Assembly (NCBI GenBank): GCA_035063585.1
Contig: JAPSGB010000025.1
Span: forward strand, 10,393 to 74,392
Origin: Polyangiaceae bacterium
Lineage (GTDB): Bacteria > Myxococcota_A > Polyangia > Polyangiales > Polyangiaceae
Length of the DNA: 64,000 bases
Direction: 5' to 3'
A model generated the notes under the pieces. The model saw only the letters and a program-made list of their open reading frames with translations, had not been told where the DNA came from and searched no databases. Made by a program: the position numbers and the translations under genes. Shown here piece by piece: positions 47,881-57,285 of the stretch (within the stretch, counting starts at the first letter, position 1; the number at the start of each line of letters is the position of its first letter).

Positions 47881-48941
47881 GTCGCGCTCTCCAGGCGAGC
47901 CGCCTGGTGCCACGCGACGAGCGCGTCGACGACCTCCTCGAGATCGCCGCCGACGATCGCGTCGAGGCGATGGAGGGTGAGGCCGATCCGGTGATCGGTC
48001 AGCCGATTTTGCGGATAATTGTAGGTCCGGATCTTCTCCGAGCGATCCCCGGCCTTCACCATGTCCCGACGCTCGTCGCGCACCGCTTCCGCGCGGCGCT
48101 GCTCTTCGATGTCGAGCAGCCGGCTTCGCAGGATCTTGAGCGCCTTGGCCTTGTTCTTGAGCTGGCTGCGCTCGTCTTGGCATTTCACGATCATTCCGGT
48201 CGGCAAGTGCGTGATCTGAACCGCGCTGTTGGTGGTGTTCACGCCCTGTCCGCCGGGGCCGCCCGAAGCGGCGATGTCGATGCGGAGGTCCTTGTCGTCG
48301 ATGTGCACGTCGACCTCGTCGGCCTCCGGCAAGACCGCGACCGTCGCGGTAGAGGTGTGGATGCGTCCCTGCGCCTCGGTGGCCGGCACGCGCTGCACCC
48401 GGTGCACTCCGCCTTCGTATCGCAAGCTCGAATAGACCCGCTCTCCGCTCACGAGCGCCACGACCTCCTTGAATCCGCCGGCTGACGCCTCGCTCTGGTT
48501 CAGAATCTCGACGCGCCAGCCCTTCCCCTCGGCGTAGCGCGTGTACATGCGGAAGAGATCGGCGGCGAACAGCGCGGCCTCCTCGCCGCCCGTGCCCGCG
48601 CGGATCTCGAGCAGCGTGTTCCTGTCGTCGTTCGGATCGCGAGGGAGGAGCAGGAGCTGAAGCTCGCGCTCGAGCTCGGCGAGCCGTGCCTCGAGGCTCG
48701 GGAGCTCCTCGCGCGCGAGCGGTCCGAGGTCCGGATCGCCGAGCGCCTCGCGGTCGTCCGCGATTTGCTTGTCGACCGAGCGATACTCCTGGAACGCCTC
48801 GATGACCGGGAGGAGCTGCGCGCGCTCGCGGTTCAAGCGCGTCAATCGCTCGCGGTCACCGAGCACCGCCGGCTCGCACATGAGCTGGTCGATCTCTTCG
48901 TTACGGCGCGCGAGCGTCTGGAGCTTCTCGATCGGGATCAT
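47877..48941 (-). CDS. prfA: Peptide chain release factor 1
   Basis: EIRAGTGGEEAALFA, VHRVQRVPATE (PxT motif), GGQ, IRTYNYPQNR. Confidence 0.98.
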   Translation of the reverse strand: MIPIEKLQTLARRNEEIDQLMCEPAVLGDRERLTRLNRERAQLLPVIEAFQEYRSVDKQIADDREALGDPDLGPLAREELPSLEARLAELERELQLLLLPRDPNDDRNTLLEIRAGTGGEEAALFAADLFRMYTRYAEGKGWRVEILNQSEASAGGFKEVVALVSGERVYSSLRYEGGVHRVQRVPATEAQGRIHTSTATVAVLPEADEVDVHIDDKDLRIDIAASGGPGGQGVNTTNSAVQITHLPTGMIVKCQDERSQLKNKAKALKILRSRLLDIEEQRRAEAVRDERRDMVKAGDRSEKIRTYNYPQNRLTDHRIGLTLHRLDAIVGGDLEEVVDALVAWHQAARLESAT

Positions 48942-48945
48942 CCGC

Positions 48946-50079
48946 TCACATGGCTGCGGTCAGCGCTCGCTGCAGCGTGGCGTAGCTGTCGAAGGTGCGG
49001 TCCTCATCGTTCGCTTGGTCACCGAGCGCCGACTCGGCCTCGACCGCCACTGCGAGCGCGGCGAGCGCGATCTCGAGCTGCGCGTCGTCCGGTTCGATGG
49101 TGGTGATCTTCTGCACCAAAAACCCGGGCCAGAGCAGCGCCCTCAGTGGGCCGCGCGTGCAATAGCGCGCGAATACCCGCTGAATCTCGAAGGTGACCGC
49201 GGCGATGAGCGGGAGGAAGGGGAGCTTCAAGACGAAGAAGGCCACGTTGTCCCCGAGCTTGCCGAGCCCGAGCTGCGGCAGGAGCGGGCCGATGCCGGTG
49301 AACACGAGGATGCTGACCAGCGCGACCATCACGAGGAAGGTGGTTCCGCACCGTGGGTGTAGCGTGGTCATCGGGCGCGCGTTCTCGACGGTGAGCGGCC
49401 TGCCGGACTCGTAAGCGTAAATCGACTTGTGCTCGGCGCCGTGATACTGAAACACGCGGTAAATCTCGGGCAATCGTCGGATGAGGAGCATGTAACCGAC
49501 GATGATGACGAGCTTGCCGGCGCCGGTGAGGAGCTGAAACCCGGGGCTCCTCACGTCGTAGCCGAGATCGAACACTCGGCTCGTGCCGGCCGCGAACGCC
49601 TGCGGGAGCGCGACGAACAAGAGGAGCGCGAACCCGATGGAGAGTGCGGTGAAGAGCCGCTTCTTCACGTCGCCCTTCGATGCTCGTGGGGAGCCGAGGG
49701 GCTCGTCAGGCTCGGCGACGAGGAGCGCGAGGATTGGGAGCGTCAGCGCCGTCAGGATGCCCGGCCCCTTCGCCTTCTCGGCCGCCTCTGCTTCCTCCAG
49801 ATCCTGCTCGAAGATGTCGGCCGAGAAGCGCAGCGCGCTGCTGCCGAGCTTGAGCGCCTCGACCAGCGTGACGATGCCGCGGACCAGCGGCCAAGCCTTC
49901 ACGCCCTTGCGGGTGTCAGCCATCGCTCGCTCGCGCACCACGAGCTCGCCGTTCTTGCGGCGGACCACCGCCGTGAACGCGCGAGGCGAGCGCATCATCA
50001 CGCCTTCGATGAGCGCCTGCCCGCCGATGTACGGTCGCGACACGCCATCGGGGCCGGTGACGTTCGGCTGATTCGACAT
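48946..50079 (-). CDS. DUF1385 family membrane protein
   Basis: IGGQALIEGVMMR, VFQYHGAEHK, HPRCGTTF, QKITTIEP. Usual rpmE-DUF1385-prfA context. Confidence 0.92.
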   Translation of the reverse strand: MSNQPNVTGPDGVSRPYIGGQALIEGVMMRSPRAFTAVVRRKNGELVVRERAMADTRKGVKAWPLVRGIVTLVEALKLGSSALRFSADIFEQDLEEAEAAEKAKGPGILTALTLPILALLVAEPDEPLGSPRASKGDVKKRLFTALSIGFALLLFVALPQAFAAGTSRVFDLGYDVRSPGFQLLTGAGKLVIIVGYMLLIRRLPEIYRVFQYHGAEHKSIYAYESGRPLTVENARPMTTLHPRCGTTFLVMVALVSILVFTGIGPLLPQLGLGKLGDNVAFFVLKLPFLPLIAAVTFEIQRVFARYCTRGPLRALLWPGFLVQKITTIEPDDAQLEIALAALAVAVEAESALGDQANDEDRTFDSYATLQRALTAAM

Positions 50080-50127
50080 ACGGCCCAATATAGCTCGCGA
50101 CCCGCGCTTCGTAAGCGCGCCCCCGGA

Positions 50128-50334
50128 CTACTTCTGGACGTTCGCGTACTTGCGGCGGAACCGGTCGATCCGGCCCTGCGTGTCCATCAGGCGCTGCTTG
50201 CCCGTGTAGAACGGGTGACACGCGCCGCATACGTCGACGACGAGCTCCTTGGAGGTGGAGCGGGTCTGGAACGAGTTGCCGCAAGCGCAGGTCACGGTGA
50301 GGACCTCGTACGCGGGGTGGATGCCGTCTTTCAT
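50128..50334 (-). CDS. rpmE: 50S ribosomal protein L31 (zinc-binding type)
   Basis: MKDGIHP..CACG...[12 protein letters not shown]...[10 protein letters not shown]. Confidence 0.97.
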   Translation of the reverse strand: MKDGIHPAYEVLTVTCACGNSFQTRSTSKELVVDVCGACHPFYTGKQRLMDTQGRIDRFRRKYANVQK

Positions 50335-50542
50335 GGTGCTGGGCTCCCGAGATGGGCCGCGGAACCTAGCGCCTTCGCTCCGGCCCCGCAAGACGCTCCC
50401 CGTCTCGGGGCGCAGAGGAGGGCGCCTTCGGCGTCACCTCGCACGATGTGATTCATACATGGTTACCGAACGTTACGGCGATAGGGAGCGCTCTCGCCGG
50501 GAACTTGACGTTACGTCAGTTGTGGCTCATAGCTCAGGGGCC

Positions 50543-51514
50543 ATGAGTGACCGCCCCACGCGAAGGGAGGCCATGAAGCGCCTCGCCGCCACGGGGGCCG
50601 TGCTTGGCGGCGCGGCCGTGGTCGCCAAGCTCCACTTCGATCGCGGGGGCTTCGATTTGTCGAAGCCCGCCGGCGAGCGCCAGGTACGTGACTTCCAGGT
50701 CACTCGCGCGCCGGGCCAGCCCGCCATGGCGATCGCGAAGAGCTCTACGGATCCGGCGGAGCTCGTGAAGCGCGCGGTGGACGGGCTCGGCGGGATTGGG
50801 CGCTTCATCTCCCGTGGCGACATCGTCGCGATCAAGCCGAACATCGGCTGGGACCGCGTGCCCGCTCAGGCCGCCAACACCAACCCGGAGGTCGTGGCCG
50901 CCATGGTGCGGCTCTGCTTCGAGGCCGGCGCGTCTCGGGTGGTCGTCACGGACTCCTCCTGCAACGAGGCGAACCGCTGCTTTCAGCGCTCAGGGATCTG
51001 GCGCGCCGCGCACGCCCTCGGGGCCACCGTCATCTTGCCCGCCGAGCATCGCTTCCGCACCATGCGGATGAAGGGGGACGTGCTCGACGAGTGGCCGATT
51101 TACACGCCGCTCGTGAACGCCGACAAGGTCATCAACATGCCGGTGGCCAAGCACCACAACCTCGCGAAATTCACGGCCGCCATGAAAAATTGGTACGGCG
51201 TGCTCGGCGGGCGGAGAAATCGTCTGCACCAGAACATCGATCGGTCGGTCGCGGATCTCGCCACCTTCATGCGCCCGACCTTGACCGTGATGGACGCAAC
51301 CCGCGTGCTGCTCCGTAACGGCCCGCAGGGCGGCAACATCGACGACACGCGCGTGATGAACCAGGTCGTCGCCAGCATCGATCAGGTCGCGACCGACGCC
51401 TACGGCTGCACGCTCATCGGTGAGAAGCCGGAGCGCCTTCGGTTCCTCGAGCTCGGGCAAGAGCGCGGCATCGGCACCATGGATTGGCAGTCACTCCCGC
51501 ACGTGGAGGTTTAG
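50543..51514 (+). CDS. DUF362 family protein with twin-Arg-like leader
   Basis: TRREAMKRL leader, IKPNIGWDR, NTNPEVV, INMPVAKHH, AMKNWYG, LHQ, NGPQGG. Confidence 0.87.
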   Translation: MSDRPTRREAMKRLAATGAVLGGAAVVAKLHFDRGGFDLSKPAGERQVRDFQVTRAPGQPAMAIAKSSTDPAELVKRAVDGLGGIGRFISRGDIVAIKPNIGWDRVPAQAANTNPEVVAAMVRLCFEAGASRVVVTDSSCNEANRCFQRSGIWRAAHALGATVILPAEHRFRTMRMKGDVLDEWPIYTPLVNADKVINMPVAKHHNLAKFTAAMKNWYGVLGGRRNRLHQNIDRSVADLATFMRPTLTVMDATRVLLRNGPQGGNIDDTRVMNQVVASIDQVATDAYGCTLIGEKPERLRFLELGQERGIGTMDWQSLPHVEV

Positions 51515-51694
51515 GAGTTGTACGAGCGCGCGCTCGACGGCTTCGTCACGACGGCGCCGCCCGGCGCGGGCCTGCGCTTTGTCATTGCTGCCCGAGCGGG
51601 GCGACCGATGGGCGCGCGCGCGAGCTCAATCACGGCCTACCATCGAGCCGAGCGAAGCTCGCTTCAGCTGTCGCACGCGGAGGGCACCGGCTAG

Positions 51695-53866
51695 ATGCGC
51701 GAACACCACGAGACGGTAGAACCGGGACTCCCCACGCCGATTCGGTGGCTCGGGACGCCCGGGCTGGTCGAGCCGCTCGATCGTGCGCGCCTCCACGTCG
51801 CGACGCCGGAAGCGCTCGGGCCGCGCGGTTCCGCGCCGGCCCAAACACCCTCTCACCCGAGGCCCGGGCGCGCTCACGGCTGGCAGAGCCCTGCGAGAAC
51901 GCTCGGGAGCACCGGCGCCGGCTGGGCGATCTCCGGCAGGCCCTCGATCGCTCGAGCCGGCGGGGGTGGGTGTCGGAGCGGCGCGGAACCGCGCTCCTCG
52001 GGCACGTGCGGCTGCGGCGCGAGCTCGAGCGGCGTGGGTCAGACAGCGGCGGCGAGCGCCTCCGCCGCGGCGGCGAGCGAGGTGAGCGAGCCGAAGGCGC
52101 CCGCGCCGCCCGCGGCCGCGCCACCGGCGAAGCCAGCGAAGCCGAAGAAGAAGCGCCCCGGCTCCGGGATCCCGGCGCGACGCATCATCCGCGCGCTCGT
52201 GTGGGTGCGGCGCGTCTCGCAAGCGACGTTCATCGGGCTGTTTCTCTATCTGCTCTTCCAGACCGCGTTCCGAGGCACGTTCAGCGCTTCGGCGGACACT
52301 CCGGTGCGGCTGCCGCTGCCCGTCGAGGGCTTCCTGCTCGCGGACCCGTTCGTCGCGACGATGACGCTGCTCAGCACCCACACCATCTACCGTGGGCTCG
52401 CGTGGTCGCTGGTCATCATCGCGCTCACGGTGGTGTTCGGGCGGGTGTTCTGCGGCTGGATTTGCCCGTTCGGCACGCTTCATCACTTCGTCAGCTGGAT
52501 CTTCCCGAGCCGCTACATCAAGGGTAATCGCCGGGTCGAGTCGAACAAGACGAAATGGTGGCAGGTCGGGAAGTACTACATGATGTGGGGCTTTCTCGCC
52601 GCGGCCGCGGCGGGGAGCGCCATCGGCGGGCTCTTCGATCCCATCTGCGTCGCGGTGCGCACCATCGGCATCGGTGTCTTGCCGGCGCTCCAGTACATCG
52701 GCGTTCGCGGCTCGGACGCCATCGCCGACACCAACGTGCGCGCGCTCCAGACCGCCGCCGACGGCGCGCAGGACTTCCTCGCGCGCACGGTGTGGACCTC
52801 GTATCAGTACTACTACCACCAGACGTGGTTCATCGTCTTTCTGCTCCTCGCGACGCTCTTCATGAACCGCTTCATCCCGCGGTTCTGGTGCCGAGTGCTC
52901 TGTCCGCTCGGCGCGTTCCTCGGAACCATCTCGCGGTTCGCGCTCTTCGGAATGGAGAAGGACCACTCGAAGTGCACGGACTGCAACCTGTGCTTGGTGG
53001 ACTGCCAGGGCGGCGACAGCCCGCAGGGCGGCGTGAAGCACCAGGCCTCCGAGTGTCACATGTGCCTCAACTGCGAGGTCGCGTGCCCGGAGGACGTCAT
53101 CAAGTTCCGCTTCCTGCCGAACCGCCGGAGCCGCGTAGAGAAGCCGAGCCTCGAGCGCCGCACCGTGCTCGCCACGGCCGCCGCCGGCGCCGTCGCGATC
53201 CCCGTGATGCGCATCGCGAACTGGCCGGACAAGGGCTATAACCCGAAGGTCATCCGTCCGCCGGGAGCGGTCGAGGAGCGCGAGTTCCTGGACCGCTGCA
53301 TCCGGTGCGCGGAGTGTATGAAGGTTTGCCCGAACAACGCGCTGCACCCCGCGTTCTTCGAGGCCGGCGTCGAGGGGATGTGGACGCCGATCCTGATCCC
53401 GCGCATCGGCTACTGCGAGTTCTCCTGCGTACTCTGCGGCCAGGTATGCCCCACCGGCGCCATCCAAAAGATCACCGAGAAGGAGAAGATGGGGATCGGC
53501 CAGAAGCCGATCAGCCTCGGCACCGCGATGTACGATCGCGGCCGGTGCCTGCCCTGGGCGATGGCGACGCCGTGCATCGTCTGCGAAGAGTTCTGTCCGA
53601 CCTCGCCGAAGGCCATCTGGCCGGACGAGGTCGAGGTCCCGAAGCGTGACAGCGTGCCCGGGCCGAACGGGGAGCACCCCAAGATGCTGACCATCAAGGT
53701 CCAGCAACCGCACGTCGATCCGTCGCTCTGCGTCGGCTGCGGGGCCTGCGAGAAGGTCTGTCCGATCGTGGATCAGCCGGCGGTCTACGTGACCAGCGCC
53801 GGCGAGACCCGCTCGAAGACCAACGTCATCTTGCTCGAGAACACGAGCTACAACCAGACCTCGTAG
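51695..53866 (+). CDS. Polyferredoxin membrane protein (NapH/MauN-like fused to NapG/MauM-like)
   Basis: GRVFCGWICPFG, RFWCRVLCPLG, multiple CxxCxxCxxxCP motifs, RPPGA..E.EFL..CIRC. Start uncertain (may be about 52034-52082). Confidence 0.87.
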   Translation: MREHHETVEPGLPTPIRWLGTPGLVEPLDRARLHVATPEALGPRGSAPAQTPSHPRPGRAHGWQSPARTLGSTGAGWAISGRPSIARAGGGGCRSGAEPRSSGTCGCGASSSGVGQTAAASASAAAASEVSEPKAPAPPAAAPPAKPAKPKKKRPGSGIPARRIIRALVWVRRVSQATFIGLFLYLLFQTAFRGTFSASADTPVRLPLPVEGFLLADPFVATMTLLSTHTIYRGLAWSLVIIALTVVFGRVFCGWICPFGTLHHFVSWIFPSRYIKGNRRVESNKTKWWQVGKYYMMWGFLAAAAAGSAIGGLFDPICVAVRTIGIGVLPALQYIGVRGSDAIADTNVRALQTAADGAQDFLARTVWTSYQYYYHQTWFIVFLLLATLFMNRFIPRFWCRVLCPLGAFLGTISRFALFGMEKDHSKCTDCNLCLVDCQGGDSPQGGVKHQASECHMCLNCEVACPEDVIKFRFLPNRRSRVEKPSLERRTVLATAAAGAVAIPVMRIANWPDKGYNPKVIRPPGAVEEREFLDRCIRCAECMKVCPNNALHPAFFEAGVEGMWTPILIPRIGYCEFSCVLCGQVCPTGAIQKITEKEKMGIGQKPISLGTAMYDRGRCLPWAMATPCIVCEEFCPTSPKAIWPDEVEVPKRDSVPGPNGEHPKMLTIKVQQPHVDPSLCVGCGACEKVCPIVDQPAVYVTSAGETRSKTNVILLENTSYNQTS

Positions 53867-53905
53867 CGGGACGACCGTTCAGGCATAGGGCACGCTGGTC
53901 GGAGC

Positions 53906-53938
53906 TGTGCCACTTGGCCGTCGCTCCCCCATGGCACA
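53906..53938. promoter_or_regulatory. Inverted repeat TGTGCCA-N19-TGGCACA, candidate enhancer-binding-protein site
   Basis: Perfect 7-bp arms about 60-90 nt upstream of a -24/-12 motif. Confidence 0.5.
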
Positions 53939-53997
53939 ATCCGCCTGGCTCGGCAGGTAACCCGCCCTGCCAGCAACGTCGCGGCGCAAGATGAGGT

Positions 53998-54013
53998 TGG
54001 CGCGAGGTTTGCT
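53998..54013 (+). promoter_or_regulatory. Sigma54 (-24/-12) promoter
   Basis: TGGCGC-GAGGT-TTGCT, followed by SD GGAGG (54026-54030) and ATG 54035. Confidence 0.68.
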
Positions 54014-54034
54014 TTACCGCGGCTGGGAGGCCAC

Positions 54035-55546
54035 ATGCTCGGGGTTCAAGTTCGCAGGTTCGCCAGGGTCGTCCTCGTGGGCGCACTCTTGGCGCTAGGG
54101 GGGTTGGGGACCGGCTGCGGGCGCGCCTCGCTCCCCATCGATCCCGTTGACGAGGGGGGATTCGGCATCTGTGGCGATGGTGCCTGCACCATCGGTGAGT
54201 CCCAGGAGAGTTGCCCCGACGACTGCACCGGCTCTTGCGGCAATGGGACCTGTAACCTCGGCGAAGACGCCAAGAGCTGTCCGGCAGACTGCGCGCCGGT
54301 GTGCGGGAATGGGAGATGTGAGACCGGAGAGACGCCGGACAACTGCTCGCGAGATTGCTCCACGTCGAGCTGCGGGAACGGCGCCTGCGAGCCCGGCGAG
54401 AGCGCCGAGAGCTGCCCCAACGACTGCCAGACGTCCCGCTGCGGCGATGGCGTGTGCAGCGGTGACGAGAGCCCGCAGAGCTGCCCTCAGGACTGCCGGA
54501 CCGAGCCGGGCTATTGCGGCGACGGCTACTGCGGTCCCGGCGAGGATCAATACAGCTGCCCGAACGACTGCGGCTATCCGAGCTCCTGCGGCGACGGGTA
54601 CTGCGGGCCAGGTGAGGATCAATACAGCTGCCCGAGCGACTGCGGCTATCCGAGCTCCTGCGGCGACGGCTACTGCGGTCCCGGTGAGAACCAGTACAAC
54701 TGCCCGCAGGACTGCGAGCCCAAGCCGGGCTACTGCGGCGACGGGACGTGCGGTCCCGGTGAGAACCAGTACAACTGCCCGCAGGACTGCGAGCCCAAGC
54801 CGGGCTACTGCGGCGACGGGACGTGCGGTCCCGGCGAGGACCAGTACAACTGCCCTTACGACTGCGGGTACTACGGGTACTGCGGCGACGGGATGTGCGG
54901 TCCCGGCGAGAACCAGTACAACTGCCCGCAGGACTGCGGGTACTACGGGTACTGCGGCGACGGGATGTGCGGTCCCGGCGAGAACCAGTACAACTGCCCG
55001 CAGGACTGCGGATACTACGGATACTGCGGCGACGGGATGTGCGGTCCCGGCGAGAACCAGTACAACTGCCCGCAGGACTGCGGATACTACGGGTACTGCG
55101 GCGACGGGATGTGCGGTCCCGGCGAGAACCAGTACAACTGCCCGAGCGACTGCGGGTACTACGGGTACTGCGGCGACGGGATGTGCGGTCCCGGCGAGAA
55201 CCAGTACAGCTGCCCTTACGACTGCGGGTACTACGGGTACTGCGGCGACGGGACGTGCGGTCCCGGCGAGAACCAGTACAGCTGCCCTTACGACTGCGGG
55301 TACTACGGGTACTGCGGCGACGGGACGTGCGGTCCCGGCGAGAGCCAGTACACCTGCCCGAGCGACTGCGGGTACTACGGGTACTGCGGCGACGGAGTCT
55401 GTCAGGGAGGCGAGTATCAGACGTGCCCGTGGGACTGCTACGGCTGGGACGGTGGCAGCGGCGGTGCCGGCGGGGGTGGGGGCGAGCCTCCCGCGCCGCC
55501 GCCGTCCGCCGACGGCGGAGCGAGCCCGCCGTCACCCGGGCGCTGA
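54035..55546 (+). CDS. Cys/Tyr-rich repeat lipoprotein (18 CG(D/N)GxC...CPxDC modules)
   Basis: Signal peptide ending GLGTGC, 18 four-Cys modules, Gly/Pro tail. Confidence 0.88.
   Translation: MLGVQVRRFARVVLVGALLALGGLGTGCGRASLPIDPVDEGGFGICGDGACTIGESQESCPDDCTGSCGNGTCNLGEDAKSCPADCAPVCGNGRCETGETPDNCSRDCSTSSCGNGACEPGESAESCPNDCQTSRCGDGVCSGDESPQSCPQDCRTEPGYCGDGYCGPGEDQYSCPNDCGYPSSCGDGYCGPGEDQYSCPSDCGYPSSCGDGYCGPGENQYNCPQDCEPKPGYCGDGTCGPGENQYNCPQDCEPKPGYCGDGTCGPGEDQYNCPYDCGYYGYCGDGMCGPGENQYNCPQDCGYYGYCGDGMCGPGENQYNCPQDCGYYGYCGDGMCGPGENQYNCPQDCGYYGYCGDGMCGPGENQYNCPSDCGYYGYCGDGMCGPGENQYSCPYDCGYYGYCGDGTCGPGENQYSCPYDCGYYGYCGDGTCGPGESQYTCPSDCGYYGYCGDGVCQGGEYQTCPWDCYGWDGGSGGAGGGGGEPPAPPPSADGGASPPSPGR
54515..55438 (+). 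repeat. 72/75-nt tandem repeat array
   Basis: About 13 similar units. The 3' block is near-identical 72-mers encoding CGDG(M/T)CGPGENQY(N/S)CP(Q/Y/S)DCGYYGY. Confidence 0.93.
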
Positions 55547-55718
55547 GCCGCGAGGACCGAGGGCGGCCGGGGCCCGGCCGGGCCGGAAATGACTCGGCCC
55601 GGATCTTGGCCCGGGCCGGGCCGTTCCCGCCGTGTGCGGGCCTGCCGAGGAGAGCGCCCGGTGCGGGGGCCCGATCCTCTGCTTGCATCGTGGGAGAAGC
55701 CTTGGATAACTCGCGGAG

Positions 55719-57134
55719 ATGACCGGACCCGCCGACGCACCGCGAGCATCCGTGGCTCGACTCGCCGAGTGGCTGGTCGAGAAGGGGCGACCCGATGACG
55801 CGGTAGCGATGCTCGCCGCATGGGCGGCGAGCGGGCCGAGTGACAGCGACGGTCAACAGCTCCTCGCCGAAGCGCTTCGCATCGACCCGGCCGCGCGCGT
55901 CGCGCAGCAAGCCTTCGAGCGAATGGAAGGCATGGCCGGCGAGCACCCTGAGCTCGACGCCGCCATCGCGCGCTTTGGCGCAGAGGAGCTCGCGCGGCTC
56001 GAAGCCGAGATGCGCCGCCCGAGCTTTCGGCGCGCGCAGATGGGCTTCAACAACAACATCAAGTTTCGCGAGCAGGTCTTCCACGTGCAGACGGAGGACT
56101 CGGGGCTCGATCAGCCGCACATCATCACTCACCTCTTCGCGGACGGTGGGCGCATCATCAAGAGCCACAAGCGCTCGTACGCCGGGGAGGTCGCGCGAGC
56201 AGACGTCGCGGAGTACGTGCGCTCGCTCATGAAGGCGCAGCACCTCGAGATGGTGATGGCGCTGCGCGAGGGCCGCTTCGACGCCGTGCTCGAAGGCCGC
56301 GAGATCGGCGGAATCGAGCTCCTCACCGAGCCGCCCAAGCTCGACAACATCAAGCGGCTCGCGAGCAAGAAGGAGCAGCGCGCCGAGGCGGCGGCTCCGG
56401 CGATCGCGGCCGCGGGAGCGTCGCTGCCGCCGGCCGTTCCGGCCGCGCCCGCGGCCGCGAGCGAGCCGGCCGGTCGAGCGCAGGCGCGAGTCTATTTCAC
56501 GCTGCACGTGCTCCGGAGCCTGGCCGGAGGCCCCGAGCGGTATGACGCGACCGAGGTCGAGGCCGTCATCGGCTCGAGCGGCGTGGTGGCGCTGCCCGGT
56601 GAAAAATTCTGCCACGCGAGCGAGGCGCGGCTCGAGTGGAAAGATGCTCGCCTGTGGCTCCAGGACTTGGAGGGGGGCAACGGCGTCTTCTTGCGTATCC
56701 GGACGCCCGTCGAGCTCGAGCTCGGCGACGAGTTCGTGGTGGGCGACCAGCTCCTTCGCATCGAGAAGAACCCCATCGCGGACGACGGACCCGACCCGGC
56801 TCCGACCTACTTCTACTCGTCGCCGAAGTGGCCGTCGTCGTTCCGCGTGGCGCAGCTCTTCGAAGGAGGAGCGCCCGGAGCGACCATCATCGCGCGGGGC
56901 AACACGCTCCAGATCGGCTCCGCGATCGGCGATCTCCTGTTCCCCGATGACCCGCTCGTGGCGGAGCAGCACTGCGTCGTCGAAGAGCAGGCTGGCTCGG
57001 TGGTGCTCACCGACCTCACCTCACGCACCGGCGTGTTCGTTCGCATCCGTGGGACCCAAGAGCTGGCTCACGGCGATGAGCTTCTGGTCGGGCGCACCCG
57101 GCTGGTGGTCGACACCTCGGCGGCTCCAGCGTGA
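55719..57134 (+). CDS. Protein with TPR-like N-terminus, central domain and two FHA-like domains
   Basis: Central GFNNNIKF...FHVQTEDSG...HIITHLF. FHA-like QDLEGGNGVFLRI and AEQHC..DLTSRTGVFVRI..L.HGDELLVG. Confidence 0.8.
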   Translation: MTGPADAPRASVARLAEWLVEKGRPDDAVAMLAAWAASGPSDSDGQQLLAEALRIDPAARVAQQAFERMEGMAGEHPELDAAIARFGAEELARLEAEMRRPSFRRAQMGFNNNIKFREQVFHVQTEDSGLDQPHIITHLFADGGRIIKSHKRSYAGEVARADVAEYVRSLMKAQHLEMVMALREGRFDAVLEGREIGGIELLTEPPKLDNIKRLASKKEQRAEAAAPAIAAAGASLPPAVPAAPAAASEPAGRAQARVYFTLHVLRSLAGGPERYDATEVEAVIGSSGVVALPGEKFCHASEARLEWKDARLWLQDLEGGNGVFLRIRTPVELELGDEFVVGDQLLRIEKNPIADDGPDPAPTYFYSSPKWPSSFRVAQLFEGGAPGATIIARGNTLQIGSAIGDLLFPDDPLVAEQHCVVEEQAGSVVLTDLTSRTGVFVRIRGTQELAHGDELLVGRTRLVVDTSAAPA

Positions 57135-57285
57135 CCGGCGCTCACGCCTCGCGCCGGACCGACGAAGACACGCGAAGCTAGCCTCGTCTCGAGGGTCTGG
57201 AAGGGCGCGCGGGACCGCGCCGGACCGACAAAAATAAGAACGGCCGGGTAGAGCGCGCGCTGCACGCTCTGCCCGGCCGCAAGCC

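Noticed and set aside
54515..55438. 72-nt tandem array as a CRISPR array or DGR template/variable repeats
   Set aside because: No unique spacers, unit length is a multiple of 3 and in frame, and no cas or reverse transcriptase gene is in the window.
53826..56972. 1048-aa minus-strand ORF and other long antisense ORFs (1297-3105, 13152-14810, 21811-23952, 51626-53713, plus-strand 374-1411)
   Set aside because: Shadows of well-supported opposite-strand genes in high-GC DNA, with no recognisable motifs.
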